From: Callorhinchus milii
Taxonomy: Eukaryota
Assembly (NCBI RefSeq): GCF_018977255.1
Contig: NW_024704742.1
Location: forward strand, 60,390,001-60,454,000
DNA: 64,000 bases
Direction: 5' to 3'
Positions 12,168 to 26,704 of this stretch are shown in pieces. The translations under genes were made by a program, and so were the position numbers. Below the pieces are notes generated by a model. That model searched no databases. It had not been told where the DNA came from and was given only the letters and a program-made list of their open reading frames with translations. The stretch's first letter is position 1. Each line of letters begins with the position of its first letter.

Positions 12168-14114
12168 TAAGTGTGAGTGAAAAAGGCGATGTTTCATAAA
12201 AGATTCAAAGTAAATTACCTCATATAGAATCTTTTAAGAAACAATGACATTTGACTTGTTAATTATCGACTGTTCTATATCCCACACTAGCCAAGAATGC
12301 TGTACAATGGATGGGCCTGAAGCTGCCATCCTTATTTCTGCTGACAGCCACTATTGTTGTTTCTGATGGTGAAGAATGGCGTTTCAGTGTCTCTTCACAG
12401 AAGACAGTCCAAATTCAATTTGAGCTAAGTTGGTATCCCATGAAGAATCCTGAAACACCTCTCTTTGCAAAAAACCAACAGTAATCCTTGTATTTCCTAT
12501 AGCACCTTTTAATTCGGGAGGACATCTCCAAGCACTTCACATGATTCATCATAAAGTGTAATGATAGGATTTTGTAGGCACGCAGCAGCCAATTGGTGCA
12601 CAGCAATGTTCCACAAACAATCATGGAGTGAATGATCAATTTTATTTGTTGGATTGTTGGCCAGGACTCTTGGTTAAACTCTTTTTTGAATAATCCTGTA
12701 AACTCATTTCAAAATGGTGAGAAAACCAGTACCAAGAGGAGATATCCATCCCATCATGCTGGCAGGGATCGTACCAAGTCCACAGAGTTGAAAACACAGT
12801 GAAATAACTTACTCTGCCACAAATTCCTCTTGGAAATTTGAATCAAATCAGTGGGAACACATGATTTCATTTTAATCTGAAGGATAAGGGTTAAGTCAAG
12901 TGGTAGAGGAGCAATATTGTTTTTTTCTTAAATTGGACAAGATCATGGAGGATTCATTGCTGGGTATGTGTAAATGTCCAAGGGTGGCTATATTGGAAAC
13001 TGTGTGACCAGAAATAAATGAATGTAGATGCGGGGTAAATTAGTGAACAGATGGAGAGTTGATAGAGAAAGAAAACTGACCATCTGTTGGGGTCTAGCAA
13101 AAGGATGTCTGGTAAGACACAATGTACCTTTCATGCAGACACCTGCTAAGACACTTATAGATTAAACTGACAAATTAGCCACATGGCGAATATGCATGGG
13201 CATAAAACTACAGTATTACATTGTGGGGATCACATTCCACAGATTTAAGGTGTTCCAACTAATACGTGAGTAAGTTATTCAACCAGAATTCATGGAAACA
13301 GCATAACCTCCCACAAAATCTTATTAAATGTGGTGTAATGGAAAGCAATACAATATAATGAAGTGTAGTGCAGTGTAACATAATGCTATATAATGAAATG
13401 CAAATCTGGTAATCGACAGGAAAAATTCTGCATTAAAGCATTCCACTGTGCATGTAAACTGTGCGTAGCTAATATTAACAAATTAAAATTGAGGTTTATA
13501 TTTTATTTTATATGCTTTGGTTGTTTCACCTTACAATTTTGTGAATCGAGGGAAAGTGTAACAGACATATAGGGGAACATCACATGAGGATATTACAAAA
13601 AGCTGATTGCACTTTATCATTTCTTCAAGATGTCTGAAAGAACTTTAAAGAAATGACTTTGAAATGCAGTGACCGTGCATTTGTAGGCAAATGTGTGGCA
13701 GCCAATTGGCACACACCAAAGTCCCACAAATAGCCATAAAGTGAATGTCCAATTTTTCTCAGGAGGATTGTTGGCCACGACAGCAGGATATACTCCTTCC
13801 AAATAGTGCCACTAGGGGATCTAACAGGATCACCAAAAAGTCGTGAAACTACCTTATTATCTAAAAAAAATCATAATTTCTTTAAAACTTATTAGAAATT
13901 GTAATTGTATCACAATGTTTTATAACATTCACCTGAACAGGCAAATAGCTACCTGGGATGGCCAGGATGTATCACAGAGATAGAAGAGTTTGAACCTGTG
14001 TAACATATGTGTGCATATCTTTCTAGCTAATGAGGAATCACAAGCTGTAAAACATCTGTAATTTCTATAATACAGTACTATAAAGAAATGGTCTTGGGTT
14101 TAAACTCAAAGTCA

Positions 14115-14880
14115 GGCAGGAACCTCAGTGTTCTGTTCGACCCTGATCTGTCCTTTCTCCCTCATATCTGCGCCACAACTGGCACCGTCTTCCATCATCT
14201 CCGAAACATCGCCAGACTACGGCACTACCTCACCCCTCACGCTGCTGAAACTCTGGTCCACACCTTTATCACCTCAAGGCTGGACTATGGGAACTCTCTC
14301 CTCGCCGGCCTTCCCGGCACCTCCCTCCACAAGCTGCAGGTCATTCAGAACTCTGCAGCTCATGTACTGTCCCGCACCAGGACCACATCACTCCCACCCT
14401 CGCTCACCTCCACTGGCTCCCCATCCCCCAGAGGATCGAATTCAAGATCCTCATCCTCACCTACAAGGCCATTCACGACCTTGCTCCCTCCTACCTCTCC
14501 GAACCTACTATCCCACTACTTACCCGCCCGTACCCTCCATTCCTCTGGCTCTGGTCTGCTCCACATCCCCGCCCCAACCCACCTACCATCGGTGGCCGGG
14601 CCTTCAGCCTCTCAGCCCCGAGGCTCTGGAACTCCATCCCCCAATGCCTTCACCGCTTCCTCCCTTTCCTCCTTCAAGGCCGGTCTCAAGACCTTTCTCT
14701 TTGACCGTGCCTTCAGCTCCCCTCTCGACTCTCTACCCCCTCCTCGCTCCCTCCCTTCCCTCACCCTGACCATTTCCCCCTGCTCAGGTCCTGACCCAAC
14801 TGTCCAGTACCTTGGGACGTCCTCCCGATCTGAAAGGCACTCTGTAAATTAAATCTTGTTGTTGTTGCTGTTGTTGTTGT
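14115..14880 (+). mobile_element. L2 LINE 3' fragment (relatively young)
   Basis: FHHLRNIARLR..AETLVHTFITSRLDYGNSLLAGLP..FKAGLKTFLF; long (GTT)n tail. Confidence 0.95.
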
Positions 14881-17529
14881 TAAACTGAGCTACAGTAACG
14901 TGACGAATCTCCCAACCTTGTCAGAAGGGTTCAAAGTAAGCTTAGTCTCAATCCAGCTATTAGGCGGTCATGATTCAATAGAACAAATTTGCCCACATTT
15001 GGAAACAAGTTGCACAAAATTGCCTGTCACTCAGAGAACAGTGAATGGTAAACTGAAGAAAAAGGGAAAATTCGTACTTGTGTGGTACATAGTGCTCACA
15101 TTATAATAGTTAGGCATGTTGTTGATGGAGAGTTAAATAAAGATTCTTCCTACCTTTAGCCTGTGTTAAACGTGATAAGACACGTGCTTGAACCTGACAC
15201 TACAAGCACTCAGTAACAATACACCACATGAAAACTGCCATATAAATGCAAGTTGTTGTTGTTGAAACACCAAAGAGGAAGTATTCCATTACAATACAAA
15301 CTTACATTTGTATAGGGTCTTTTACATCAGGAGAATGTTACAAGGCACTGAACAGTCGGGGATTTGGTCCGAAGCAAGGGGTTAGGATCAGGGAGGGTGG
15401 AGGGCAGGAAGGGTTGGAGAGTGGCCAAAGGCGCATTCAAAGAGTAGGGTCTTGAGACGTCCCTTGAAGGAGGCAAGATTGTCATGAAATGCTAATGAAG
15501 AGGGACGTGTGACACTAAAATGAATAATAAGGCATTCAATGATACTACATGATTCTACATTCATAAAACAAACAAGAGGAAAACATGTTTAAGGATTTTT
15601 TTTATGGAACACTAACAATATTGTTTGAGTGCACAGTATTCTAAATGTTTCCGGTGAGAACTACAACAACAAATTGTATTTATATAGGGCCTTTCATGTC
15701 GGGAGAACTTCCTACGGCACTGACGTAGTGTTTAGTAGTGTCAGCCTGGCTCAGTTGATACTTCCACCGATTTATCCCACATTTGTGGGATTAAACCATA
15801 TGTTGGGGCTTGAGGTTCACAGGCTAGGTTGATGCTCCAGTGCAGTGATGGGGAAGTGTGGATGTGGCAGAGACACTGACCTCGTTCTCTGCTTATTTAG
15901 ATAAAAGATACCATTTGTTCTGGTCAACATTCCCCCAGATTAATTTGTCATTCACAACAAGGTTGTGGAATATTCTTGTGCGCAAACTAATTTGCTGACA
16001 AATACACAGTCAGTCCACATTTCAGCAATTACTCATGAAGCACTTTGAAAAATTTCAAAATTATGGGTGATTTAGTGCAGGCCCATGAATATGCAATAAT
16101 TGGGATCCATAAAATCTCAACCCTTTCTTTTAACAAGGCACAATCAGACCAGCTCAGTAGGCAGTATTCTCTCTTCTGAGTCAATAGGTTATGTGTTCAA
16201 GCCCTATTTCAGGTCTCTCAACTTTGTTTACACCCACATAATGCATTCAATTGTTGTAGACCAATTGCCTCATGTAGTATCTGGTGCAAGTGATGTACTT
16301 CCAATGCTAGTTGTGCTCCCAGACCGCCCTGTCTTCTTTCTTCACTACAATATACCCACCAATGCCGCTACAACAATCATCTTTGGCAAAAAATGTTTAC
16401 CTCTGTATTTCCATAATTATAATTTTAAATATTCCACTTCAATGCATTCACTAGCTCTAGGCCTGACAGTTGAGATTTTGATGTAGCTTCTCAACTGAGC
16501 AAAGCTGCAAGAGTTTTTCCTGTCCAATGTTTCTACAAGATAAAGTTTATCAAGTACATAGCTGATCTATCAAGCCCGGTCTGTGTTGAGCAACAATAAG
16601 GAATTTCATATTACTTTCATTCGCTATCCAGCAATTCCTGATTGAGTTGTGGATGTGTGGATGTTGGGCAAGGATAGGATCAGACGCAGCTGCAACCCCT
16701 ACACTGCACAGTGAATCAGGAGCCAAGAGTATACACCAAAGCCGTTTATTGGCAACAGATGTTTAATAACCTGCCATCCCATTGGAATCAACAAGAAACA
16801 AAAGACCAGCAATGGTAAAGATGCCAACTCCAGATATCTCACTGTGGACCACACACATATTGAATAAACAATTTTCTGTTGATGTACTCCATCGGATTGG
16901 TTGACAGTACCATATCTCAAAGTGGTTACAATCCATCACACCACTAACATTGGGAAAACTAGTAAAAGCACAAGAAGATTTGTCGATTTTTTGTGTTCAC
17001 ACAGTCAGGAAGATGGATGACCCTGTTGGGGCTCTAGATCAGTTGATCTGTGACCTCCTGTTTGAAGGTTGACAGTGTTGACCAAGCACCATTCTGTGTG
17101 GCATGCTTTCCCCACACAGCCAGGAAATTAATGAATCTGCCAGCCTTCTGCAACAGTGCATCTATTAACTCCTGTCTTTGAGTTAACTTTGTTGATTGGG
17201 CAAAGCTGACAATATCACTCTCCTCCATCCAAATGTCTGAAGAGAGAATATTGTATAAAAACTAACCATTGCCGCAGACAGTGATTGGTATCAGATTCTA
17301 AATGTGTAACCATTTTGTCACAGATGCTTCAAGATTTGAAATATTAGTAAGATGATTTAGTCTAATCAAAAGATTATAGATGCTGTCCTTAGTGACAAAT
17401 ATAACATTTCACACATTGCAAAAAAAGTTATCAACAACTACTTTATTCCAATACACTAAAATATTTTGATTCCATAATTTACTTGAGAATTTACTTGGAA
17501 TTGAGGGGAGGGAGGTGGGGGGGGGGGGG

Positions 17530-17903
17530 ATTTTTCCTACTCAGCTCTATTAACCTTGCAAGCCAAAACCATAATGGTTGGGTGGTGCTAGCTGGGCAAG
17601 CAGCTGGAGGCTTGCCAGAGAGTGCTCTCAATCGCAAGCTCGGCAGTTTTCATTGGTTAAACTCCAGAAGTACCCCAACGCACAACCTAGGCTCCCCAAG
17701 CCTAATACTGTGCCAACCTTTGCCCACTACTTTCTGGGAACAGGAAAGCAAGGCACATCCCTTCAAGGAGGGAGTGCACACTCCATTCCAACACATGGAA
17801 AAGGAAATTTCCATATGTAGATGGCATATATACGCAGAAGTCTCAGTCTAATTTGAGTATTCTTAAGATGGTGATGGGTTTCTATGTGTATCAGACCAAA
17901 AAA
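17530..17903 (+). repeat. Unclassified dispersed A-tailed repeat (other copies 6167-6280 -, 35800-36160 +, 53755-53806 -, 61980-62150 +)
   Basis: Shared 3' end, approximately CTTAAGCATGGTGATGGGTTTC..TGTCAGACACCCAGCTGACC(A)n. The two long copies are also similar over ~370 bp. Confidence 0.75.
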
Positions 17904-18481
17904 CATAGAGAAAATATATCTGTTTTATGGCCCTTGCTTTCTTGGCTTCATTCCTTTTCTGAAGCAACATATGGTGATTTCAACAAAGGCTTGGACAGAG
18001 GTTTGGATAAGAACATAAGAAAGCAATAAACAGGAAACATCAACCTTTTTTATTTGTCAAGTCTGCTTTTTCCTCAGGCCGCAAAGCCAATTCAATCATG
18101 GATCCTGACCACCATCAGCTATAGGAAAAAGGGTTTGCATAAACACTACATCTACAAACATTCTCAGTCTAAAATAGCCAGAATATTTACCTATGACAGA
18201 TGATGAGGAGCTTTGGAACATTTGTTCTTCTTAGTCTGTAACTAACTCTATAACGTTTATTACTGTCCCCAGCCAGATATGACCCAGTTATTTTGATGGA
18301 GTTAATCATCATAGCTGTAAAAGTAACAAAAAGAAACAAGTTGCACTTATATAGTGTCTTAACTCACTGGAACATCTCAAAGTACTGGCAGCACTGAAAC
18401 TCTATTATAAGAACACAAATCCCCTCCACATAGCCAGCAAGAAGAATTTCATTTCCAGTATGTGTTATCAATTGTACTTGT

Positions 18482-18800
18482 GGAGTCCTGTAGCTCAGTG
18501 GTTAGAGCACTCGCCTTGCAAGCGAGACACCTAGGTTCAATTCCAGGCAGGGCAAAACCTTGGGCAAGTTTCCTTACTCCATACGCCTAATAATAATCCC
18601 TCCAAAACAAAACGATAATAAATTGGTCATTTTCAATCCACGACTGTTTGTGGGACACTGCCATTTGGCCCCTCGAGCTTGCCGCGTTTCGCCCACAAAT
18701 ATACAGTCAATTCACTTTACAGTATATTCTGTGAAGCGTTTTCAGACGTCTAGAAGACGTGAAATGCACTATATCAAATGCAAGGATTATTATTATTATT
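18482..18800 (+). mobile_element. SINE family A, short form, full length
   Basis: GGAGTCCTGTAGCTCAGTGGTTAGAGCAC (A box), GGTTCAATTCC (B box), ending CTATATCAAATGCAAGG(ATT)n. Confidence 0.92.
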
Positions 18801-20229
18801 ACTTGTACCATATCCTCTCCAGACTTAGTGGTCCCACAGTAGGGAACTTTATATAGCTAGGCTCCTCTCCCAGGGCAGCCCACACACTTTTCTTTCACAG
18901 AATAAACGGGACTATCCCACTGCTGCAGGTCTCCAATGGTCTCCATTTAATCCAGGGTCCTCCTTGGGTTGCCTTCTTCTCCCATTCCCCTCCCATGTCT
19001 TGGAGCTCTGGAGTCTGCACAGCAATCCACTGCACTCTCCCCCCCGCCCCCATGAACCCACAACTTCTGACTCGAAGATGAGAGTACTACCAATTGAGCC
19101 AGTTTACACCGTCAGTACAGTGTTCAAATGTATCATTTTGATAAATTATTTGTGTGGATAAGGAAGTATGATTTACATTTGTCTGCTTTTGGGCTCAGCA
19201 TCATCTGAGAAAGACTTCCATATAGACTTATCTTATTATATCAAACTATGTTTCCTGCAGATCTTTGTAGAAATCAGATAAAGAATGATAACAAATACTG
19301 GGGGTGAAATTATTCTTGCTGGCTATGTGGAGAGGATTTGTGTTCTTAAAATGGAGTTTCAGTGCTGTCAGTACTTTGAGATGTTCCAGTGCGATAAGGC
19401 ACAATATAAGTCAACATGTTTTTTTTTTCACCTTTGAATGCCATATACTACATAGAGAAAGGGCTTACATTCAATTCAGAACAGAATGCAAACTGTTGAC
19501 TCTGTGATGACCGTAAGCCAGGATCAAGGTGAAAGGTGGGATTGTCAGAATTGCTCTTCACTGACAAGAAGACTTCCAGCAGAAGTACAGAGGCAGCCAG
19601 CTGTTTTGGCCTCAGCCTTCAGCTTCAAATAAAGAGAAGTGATCTATAGACATTTTTATGTGAATCCCATGATCACTATCAATGGCACAGCACGTAAAGT
19701 TGTACCGGATTTCATCAGCTGAACAACATTATTCAATAATTACTATAACATTAACAGCAATAACATTTAGATAGTACCCTTGCATTGAATAGCTTCTCAG
19801 AGCGCTTAAAAGAGGCAATGCCAATACCAAGTAGAGAGTGGAAAAGGGACAGGAAGTAGGTGACCATAGGCACGATCAAAGTTGTAGGAATTTAGGTTAC
19901 TTTTGCAGACAAAAGAGAGAGCGAGTCAGACGGAGTTTGAGGGAGGGAGTTTCAGTGGATGGGGGCAAAATGGTTGAAGATTCAGCTGTTAATGCTAATA
20001 ATTTAGTTAACATATTAAACCAAAATCCAAACTGTCTGTTTAGGTGGACATAAGAGATCCCTTGATACTATTCCAAAAGAGTCCTAGCCCACAGTCTTCC
20101 AGATTAACTGATCTTTCACTTCATGTTAATTTGAGGGACCTGCTAGTGCAAAATTATTGTTCATTGTCTAAATCACAGTTACTACACTAGCGTCACAATC
20201 ACTGAATGGCATTCAAAGTGAACAACTAT

Positions 20230-20800
20230 TATCCAGTCATTTTGATCTTGACACAGTGGGGAAATAGGACTGCGTTTGATAGAGGAGCTAGAGAAATACC
20301 ACAATGCAAACTCCAATCCCATAATGACTATTGGCAAGATTACGTCATCCAACACTGAAGTTGTGTTCAGAGAAAAGAACACTAACATTGAGACCATGAA
20401 CATTAAGGCACATTGTTGTCAGATTGCCAGAATGCCTGGAGACAGTTTACCAAATGGATGCAGTCTACTGCCAGCTGGAATAAGGCAAATTGTCCATTGA
20501 CAGTCAACAAAAGAGCTTCAAGGACACTCTGTAAAACAGCATCCAAATGCGTAAGAATGTGAGAGATAAATGCCACCAAGAGAAGTCAGGAGTTGAAAGG
20601 CATCATCAATGATGTTCATGCCCTCAGGTATGCTGTCAGTTCAAGTGAAGCAGTCGCCAGTCAACATCATTCACACCAGCGGGCTGAAGCTTTCATACCC
20701 TGTACCCCTGGTCAAATCAGCCTCAGCAGCCCACAGACAGATTCCTTGTAACTGTCCCAATACCTTCCTGTGCAAGCTGCCATCATTGCAACTGCCAATT
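20230..20800 (+). mobile_element. Decayed RTE-clade LINE ORF2 C-terminus
   Basis: LEKYH..WQDYV/SNTEVVFR..IETM..ARMPGDSLP...QQKSFKDTL is typical of the RTE C-terminal region. A further piece probably lies at ~19560-19720. Confidence 0.65.
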
Positions 20801-21614
20801 CAATAATAATAACTTTGCTATTCTCGGCAGAAATGAAACCTGACACTCCCAAAGCTCAAGAGGTGCAATTCCAGTTGTTAAGTGGTTTAATGTGCATGGT
20901 TATATCGAGAATCCATTGGATGGTTTAACTTCCTAAAGGCTTTAGAACGTTAACTCACACATTTGCACTTAGTTGATAATTGTAGGTAATTATCCCTCAT
21001 TTACTGATGGAAACATTAGCAGCCACACATGGAACAATGACAGATAGATATTATTTCTGAACGACTGCATTAGAAAACAGCACCAAAAGGCAAAATTGCA
21101 CTATTCTTAAGCTATTGCCCCAGGCTGAGAGCTCCCCTTAGTGGACTTTTCTAGAACTCCTTGGGGCCAATGTTCCTCCGTTCACTACTGTTAGTGAAAC
21201 CATATCCTCATTCAAATCACTCCTTGGCCTTGCCCTGCCCTCCCTCTGTGACCTGTATTCCTTACAGACCCAGCCGCTCCCTTCAATCAATGAGCATCAG
21301 CTTGCTTCATGTCACCTCTGCTGTGTCTGCCTTATTCTGTCCCACTCCCAGGAACTCCATCCCAGAGTCCCTTCAATTTAGCCCACCCTGCCCATTTTCA
21401 AAGCCTGCCTCAAGGCTTACCTCTTTGACCAAGCCGTCGGTTAACTTTTTTCTTCCTCTGCCCCCAACCTCTTCAACGACCCTCCCACCCTCTTAGCCAG
21501 CACTTTGAGGCGTCCTCCCAATTTGGAAGGCTCTATATAAATTATTTCCCATTACATTGTACAAATATAGCCAAAGAGAAATTGATTTACTCTTGAAGGC
21601 CATTGAGGAGGCAC

Positions 21615-22195
21615 TGCTTTCCTCCACCTCCACCACATTGCCTGCCTCTGACTATACCTTACTCCGGACGCAGATGAAACACTTGTCCAAGCATTCATCA
21701 CTTCCCAACTGGACTTCTCAAATGCCCTCTTTACCGGTTGCCCTAGCTCCACCATGCACAGGACAGCTCATCCAAAACTTTGTCACCCATATACTCACCC
21801 ATATTAAACTCCATACCCTCATCACACCAGTTCTAGCCAAGCTCCACTGGCTCCCCATCTCCAAACAGGTCGATTTCAAGACCTTCATATTTAAATCCTA
21901 CTTCTCCGACCTGTTTACCCTCCACTTAACTGGCTCCAGCCTCCTGCATGTCCCTTGTGCCATCTGTTCCATCATTCAGCCACTACGCCCAAAACTCTGG
22001 GTAACCCTTCCTCTATTCCTCCACCTTTCCCCTTCCTTCCCCATTTTCAGGTCGCGCCTGAAGACCTTCCTATTCAACCGTGCCTATGGTCACCTCCCCC
22101 TCCCCCCGGCTTGGAGTTGTGCTCCGCCACTGTCAAGCACTCTGGGACACTACCCTGGTGAGGAGCACTATATAAATGCAAGTTATTGTCGTTGA
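21615..22195 (+). mobile_element. L2 LINE 3' fragment (another decayed copy at ~21225-21545)
   Basis: ITPVLAKLHWLPISKQVDFK..FRSRLKTFLFNRAY; TATATAAATGCAAGTTATTG tail. Confidence 0.9.
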
Positions 22196-22418
22196 ATGTG
22201 TGCAGAATTCTGCAGCTTATTGGTAAGAGGTTGTGGGTTCAAACCTTATGTTAAGACTTAGAAATCACTTTAGTCTATGCTGACCCTCCAAGGCACTGCT
22301 AGGAGTGCACTACATTGTTGGATGTGCCATCCTTCAGATGATATGTTTAAGCATTTGGTGATGCTACCCCACGTGAAGGGCGCTATATAAATGCAAGTTG
22401 TTGTTGTAAATGTTATCT

Positions 22419-22731
22419 TGGAGTCCTGTTGCTCATGATTAGAGCACTCACCTCACAAGCGAGGGACTTGGGTTCAATTCCTGGCAGGGCAAAACCTTGG
22501 GCAAGTTTCCTTACTCCACAAGCCTGATAATAAATCTTCAAGAAAAAAAACAATAATAATTTGGTCACTCAATTCATATTCGTGAGACACTGCTGTGCAC
22601 ATTTGACTGCCGCATTTCTCCCACAAAATATACAGTCAATTCACTCGACAGTAAATACTGTGAAGCGCTTTGAGACGTCTAGAATACGTGAAAGGTGCTA
22701 TATCAAATACAGGGATTATAGGATTATTATT
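22419..22731 (+). mobile_element. SINE family A, short form, nested in a DeuSINE (~22215-22990)
   Basis: Same head and tail as the copy at 18482; DeuSINE head upstream and Deu body downstream. Confidence 0.88.
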
Positions 22732-24711
22732 AAAACAAAATCCAATCTTCTTATTCAATTGAATAATAAAGATCCCACAGCACTATTTGAAAATGGAAGG
22801 GAGTTTCTCCCGGTGTCCTGGCCAACAATCCCCCAAAACAAAATTGATCATTCACTTCTTGGCTGTTTGTGGGACGCTACTGTGTGCAAATGGCTGCCAT
22901 ATTTGCCTAAAATTACTTTTCACAGAAGAGTTTTAAACATCCTTCTGATATGAAAGTCTCTATATCAAATGCAAGGATTATTATTTATAATAATACAATA
23001 CAAATTTATATTTACATAGAGCATTTCATTTTGGGAGGAAGTCCTAAGGTACTTAACAATATTAGATCGGCATCCAAACTGGGGTGGGTTCCATAATAAT
23101 AGACTAATAATCCTTAATATCTTCTATAGCACCCTTTATGCCAGGAACACATCTCAAAGCACTTAACAGGCTTCAGTATAATGGGTAGTGATTGTGTGTT
23201 TTGTTGGCTGTTACATGAATAAATGTATGTGTAATTGTCTCTGTACACATGCTTTTACACATGATTAGCACAACCGGAAAAATTAAAACCTGTATCATAT
23301 AATCTTTCATGTATCAATTCACAAAATAGAGAAATATGTAACAAAATCACAAACATCCAGAGGTGGTCGTTAGCTCCGAGTCAATTTGAATATTTAAAAG
23401 GAGATAGATAAGTCACATGCAGTGGAAGAATATTAGAAAAGGAACAGGGATTTCAAATTAAGATGGATGACTTCACTGAAAAGTGAACACCCATATTAAT
23501 ACAATGGGCGAATGGCCTTCTGATGTGTCATAGATTTCTCTTAACAGCATCTAATGATAATGTTACAGAGAGATGCCACTATAAACCCTAGTAAACACAG
23601 TAATGGATTAGTTATATTACTAGTAACCAAAACATTACACTACCTTCAAGTGTCTCAAATGGACAATTATAAGGAACCAGTCCTGGCTTTTGAATTTGGA
23701 TGCCACAGACATTGGCAATTAAGTTGCTCAACATAGAGAATTATGTACAATATGTAACTAGACTCCAGCATGCTTCATATTACAATAGATCAGATGCTCC
23801 TCTATGCATTGGAACATAAATTTAATTTCCAACTTTCCAAACCCACCCACAATGATGCTTCTCAAGAAATGGAGATCAGAGATGACTGCTGATTGCAGAT
23901 TATGTTCCCATTTACAATAACTCAATGTAGATCTTTGAAACAAAACACACTGTTACAAGAAAACACAAACCAATTAAGGTGGGAGGATGTTCAACTAGCT
24001 TATCACAAGAATTGTTTTAAAGTAATCATAATATAGATATTAATCATTTCTTTATTAATTCATCCATATAATTAAAATGTTGTCACCTGCTGGGGTTCAA
24101 GAACAGTGTTGTTTTATAATTTGCAGTTTGCATTATTAAACGTTTGGCATCCTCTGAAGTGCAAAACAGGAACTCATTGTTCTTTAACATTTCTTACTGA
24201 AGTGGTAAAATGAAGGAAACAGTATAATTAAAAAAAGCATTTCAAATGATTGGTATGTTATTTCTGTATCAGCATCATTTAACCTTTTGTTTTCTACTGC
24301 AGTTTTGGATTTGGTGTAATAATTATCAAGTTGGTAATAAAATATTGCATTTTTCATGCCAAAATATGACTTCTATCATTGACTATTACAAGAATCGGAA
24401 AACTTCCGTGACCCCATTATTGTATTAACAAAATAATACTTACACCTGATATTGGAAAGAAAAGGGAAATTTCTCCTGTGGTCCTAATGTCCTGGCCAAC
24501 AATCCCCTAAATAAAATTGACTATTCACTTCATGACTGCAAATTGGCTGCTGCATTCACTCAAAAAGCACACCGTCACTGCACTTTGCAATATATCCTGT
24601 GAAGCCCTCTGAGACCTCCTCTCAATCTGAATGGCTCTATACCAAATGTAAGGATTATTAATATCCCACTTGCTCTCTTCAAACAGTTCCAAAATGTTGC
24701 ACAATGAGTTA

Positions 24712-25030
24712 AGAACACAAGAACATAAGAATTAGGAGCAGGAGTAGGCCATTCGGTCCCTCTAGCCTGCCCCGCCATTCAATAAGATCATGGCTGATCT
24801 ATTCTAACTCCACCTACCCGCCTTATCCCCATATCCCTTAATCCCTTTATCCACAAGAAATCTATCAGTCTCAGTCTTGAATATGTTCGAGGAGCATCGA
24901 CAGCCCTTTGGGGTACAGAATTCCATAAATTCACTACCCTCTGAGTGAAGAAGTTTTTCCTCAACTCAGTGCGAAAGGGCTTTCCCCTAATTTTAAGACT
25001 GTGACCCTTAGTTATAGTTTCTCCAAACAG
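24712..25030 (-). mobile_element. CR1-type LINE 3' end
   Basis: Reverse complement gives FFTQRVVNLWNS coding followed by a 3' UTR ending CCTACTCCTGCTCCTAATTCTTATGTTCTT. Confidence 0.88.
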
Positions 25031-26529
25031 GGGGCGGGGGGAAAATTACTTCAAAGTTTGATGCCTGCAGGCAAACACATCAGATAATCTGAACCAGCAA
25101 CATCCCACAATAAACAATGAGATGAATGAAAACTTAATCTATCTTTAATTAATTTCTGCTGTGTTCATTTACATATTACAGCCACCACAATGTACAGTAT
25201 ACTCAGTGAAGGAGTTAAACATGTTCTCTTGATGTGAAAGATTTTATATCAAATGCAATGATTATTATTATTTTATTAAAAAAGAGAGAGGAAGTTGAGA
25301 GAGTAGGATTTTGACATTTGACAATCTTCATAATTATATGAAGCAGATTACATAGTAATAGCAATCTTACTACCTTATTGTGCCAATCTTGCAATTGATT
25401 GTCCTTGTGCAAAAATATATGATACAGTATATAAAATACAGTAATGTTTTCAACTAGAATCATCTGTAACTTTAACCCTACAAGGCTATAATCCCTTTAA
25501 ATCCTAACAAGTCATTTGCCTCCATTAAACCAACACTACATCTCTGGTCAGGCATCAAATAACTCATTAAACTGAAGCTACAAATTAATATATCCTGCCA
25601 CTCCACAGGTAATAGAAGATGAAGCCTTCCATTACATTGTATAACCTGTTCAATAGTACGGTAAATATGTTAGCCTAGACTACTATTTAAAAATCATAAC
25701 AATAATAATAATCCTTGCAAATGATATAGCATCTTACACATAAGGAGGATATCTCAAAAGTGCTTCACAGAATGTACTGAAAAGTGTAGTGACTATATTT
25801 TTGTAGGTAAAATTATTCCAATTGCTCATGTTTATAGCCTTGTCAGGGAACATAAAAGGGTTGGAAGTTCAGGCGATTGCACAAAATAAGAGACGTTTTC
25901 TTCCTTTCAATATTACTCTCCAAATAAAAGACATTTGTGTCAAATGGTGAAGTTGCAGCAATGTGCCTAGCTAAAGCCTTGCAAAGTGTGTGTGTTTGTG
26001 TGGCCTCAACGAGGCCTCAATTGGCTCTTATTAAAGGATGAGATAAAGACGAGAGTTAGTTTATTCTGTAAATTCCATTCATTTACGCTACGTTAAGATC
26101 AACACTGATTTATAGCTGACTAGTGTTTGTGCAAGCTATTTTTAAGAAAATCTGCTTTGAGTCAAGATCAGCTTAAATGCTTACAGTCAAAGTGATCTCA
26201 TCTCATCAAAAACAATTCTTTGAAATTGTTGACATTGTTGAGTTTCCTAACTACCTTGAAGACCTTTCTCTTTGACCATATCTACGGTCATCTCCCCTCT
26301 CTTCTCAATTCGGCAATAAACTCCACAAAAGTGTTAAGCTCTCCAAGGTACTATCTCACCTGAAGGGTATTACATAAATGCAAGTTGTTGTTGTGAATGG
26401 GCTTGAATATGCCAGGCTGTGATTCGTTGCACTACTTACCACTTACTAGATGGTTCTACGGATGATGTGAATGCAGCTGATCTGTCGGGAAACAAAAACT
26501 AAATGACATTAATTATTTTAATATTTATC

Positions 26530-26704
26530 CACTGGAATTTCAACCAATAGACTGGAAACAAGCAAATGTGGATCTTATGTTCCGATAGAGGTAAAAACAA
26601 TATATGTGTCAACTATAGACACATTGGTCTGATTTTAATAAATGGAAAACTCATTAAAGAAAACTGGAAGATTATCTGTATGAAAATAGCCCAATAAATA
26701 ACTG
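26530..26704 (+). mobile_element. Decayed CR1 RT fragment, interrupted by the solo LTR
   Basis: DWKQANV...NYRHIGL...GKL...LEDYLYEN; the continuation GACAGCCATG (DSQH-like) follows the LTR. Confidence 0.6.

Noticed and set aside
14088..14852. 254-aa and 213-aa ORFs
   Set aside because: Frameshifted L2 ORF2 C-terminus and its alternate frame, not host genes.
16100..16486. 128-aa ORF
   Set aside because: It runs through a SINE head, starts at a non-ATG codon and has no recognisable domain.
18482..18555. tRNA-like sequence with A and B boxes (also at 4893, 10091, 22419, 63113)
   Set aside because: These are SINE heads: each continues into the SINE body and they are mutually diverged, so they are not tRNA genes.
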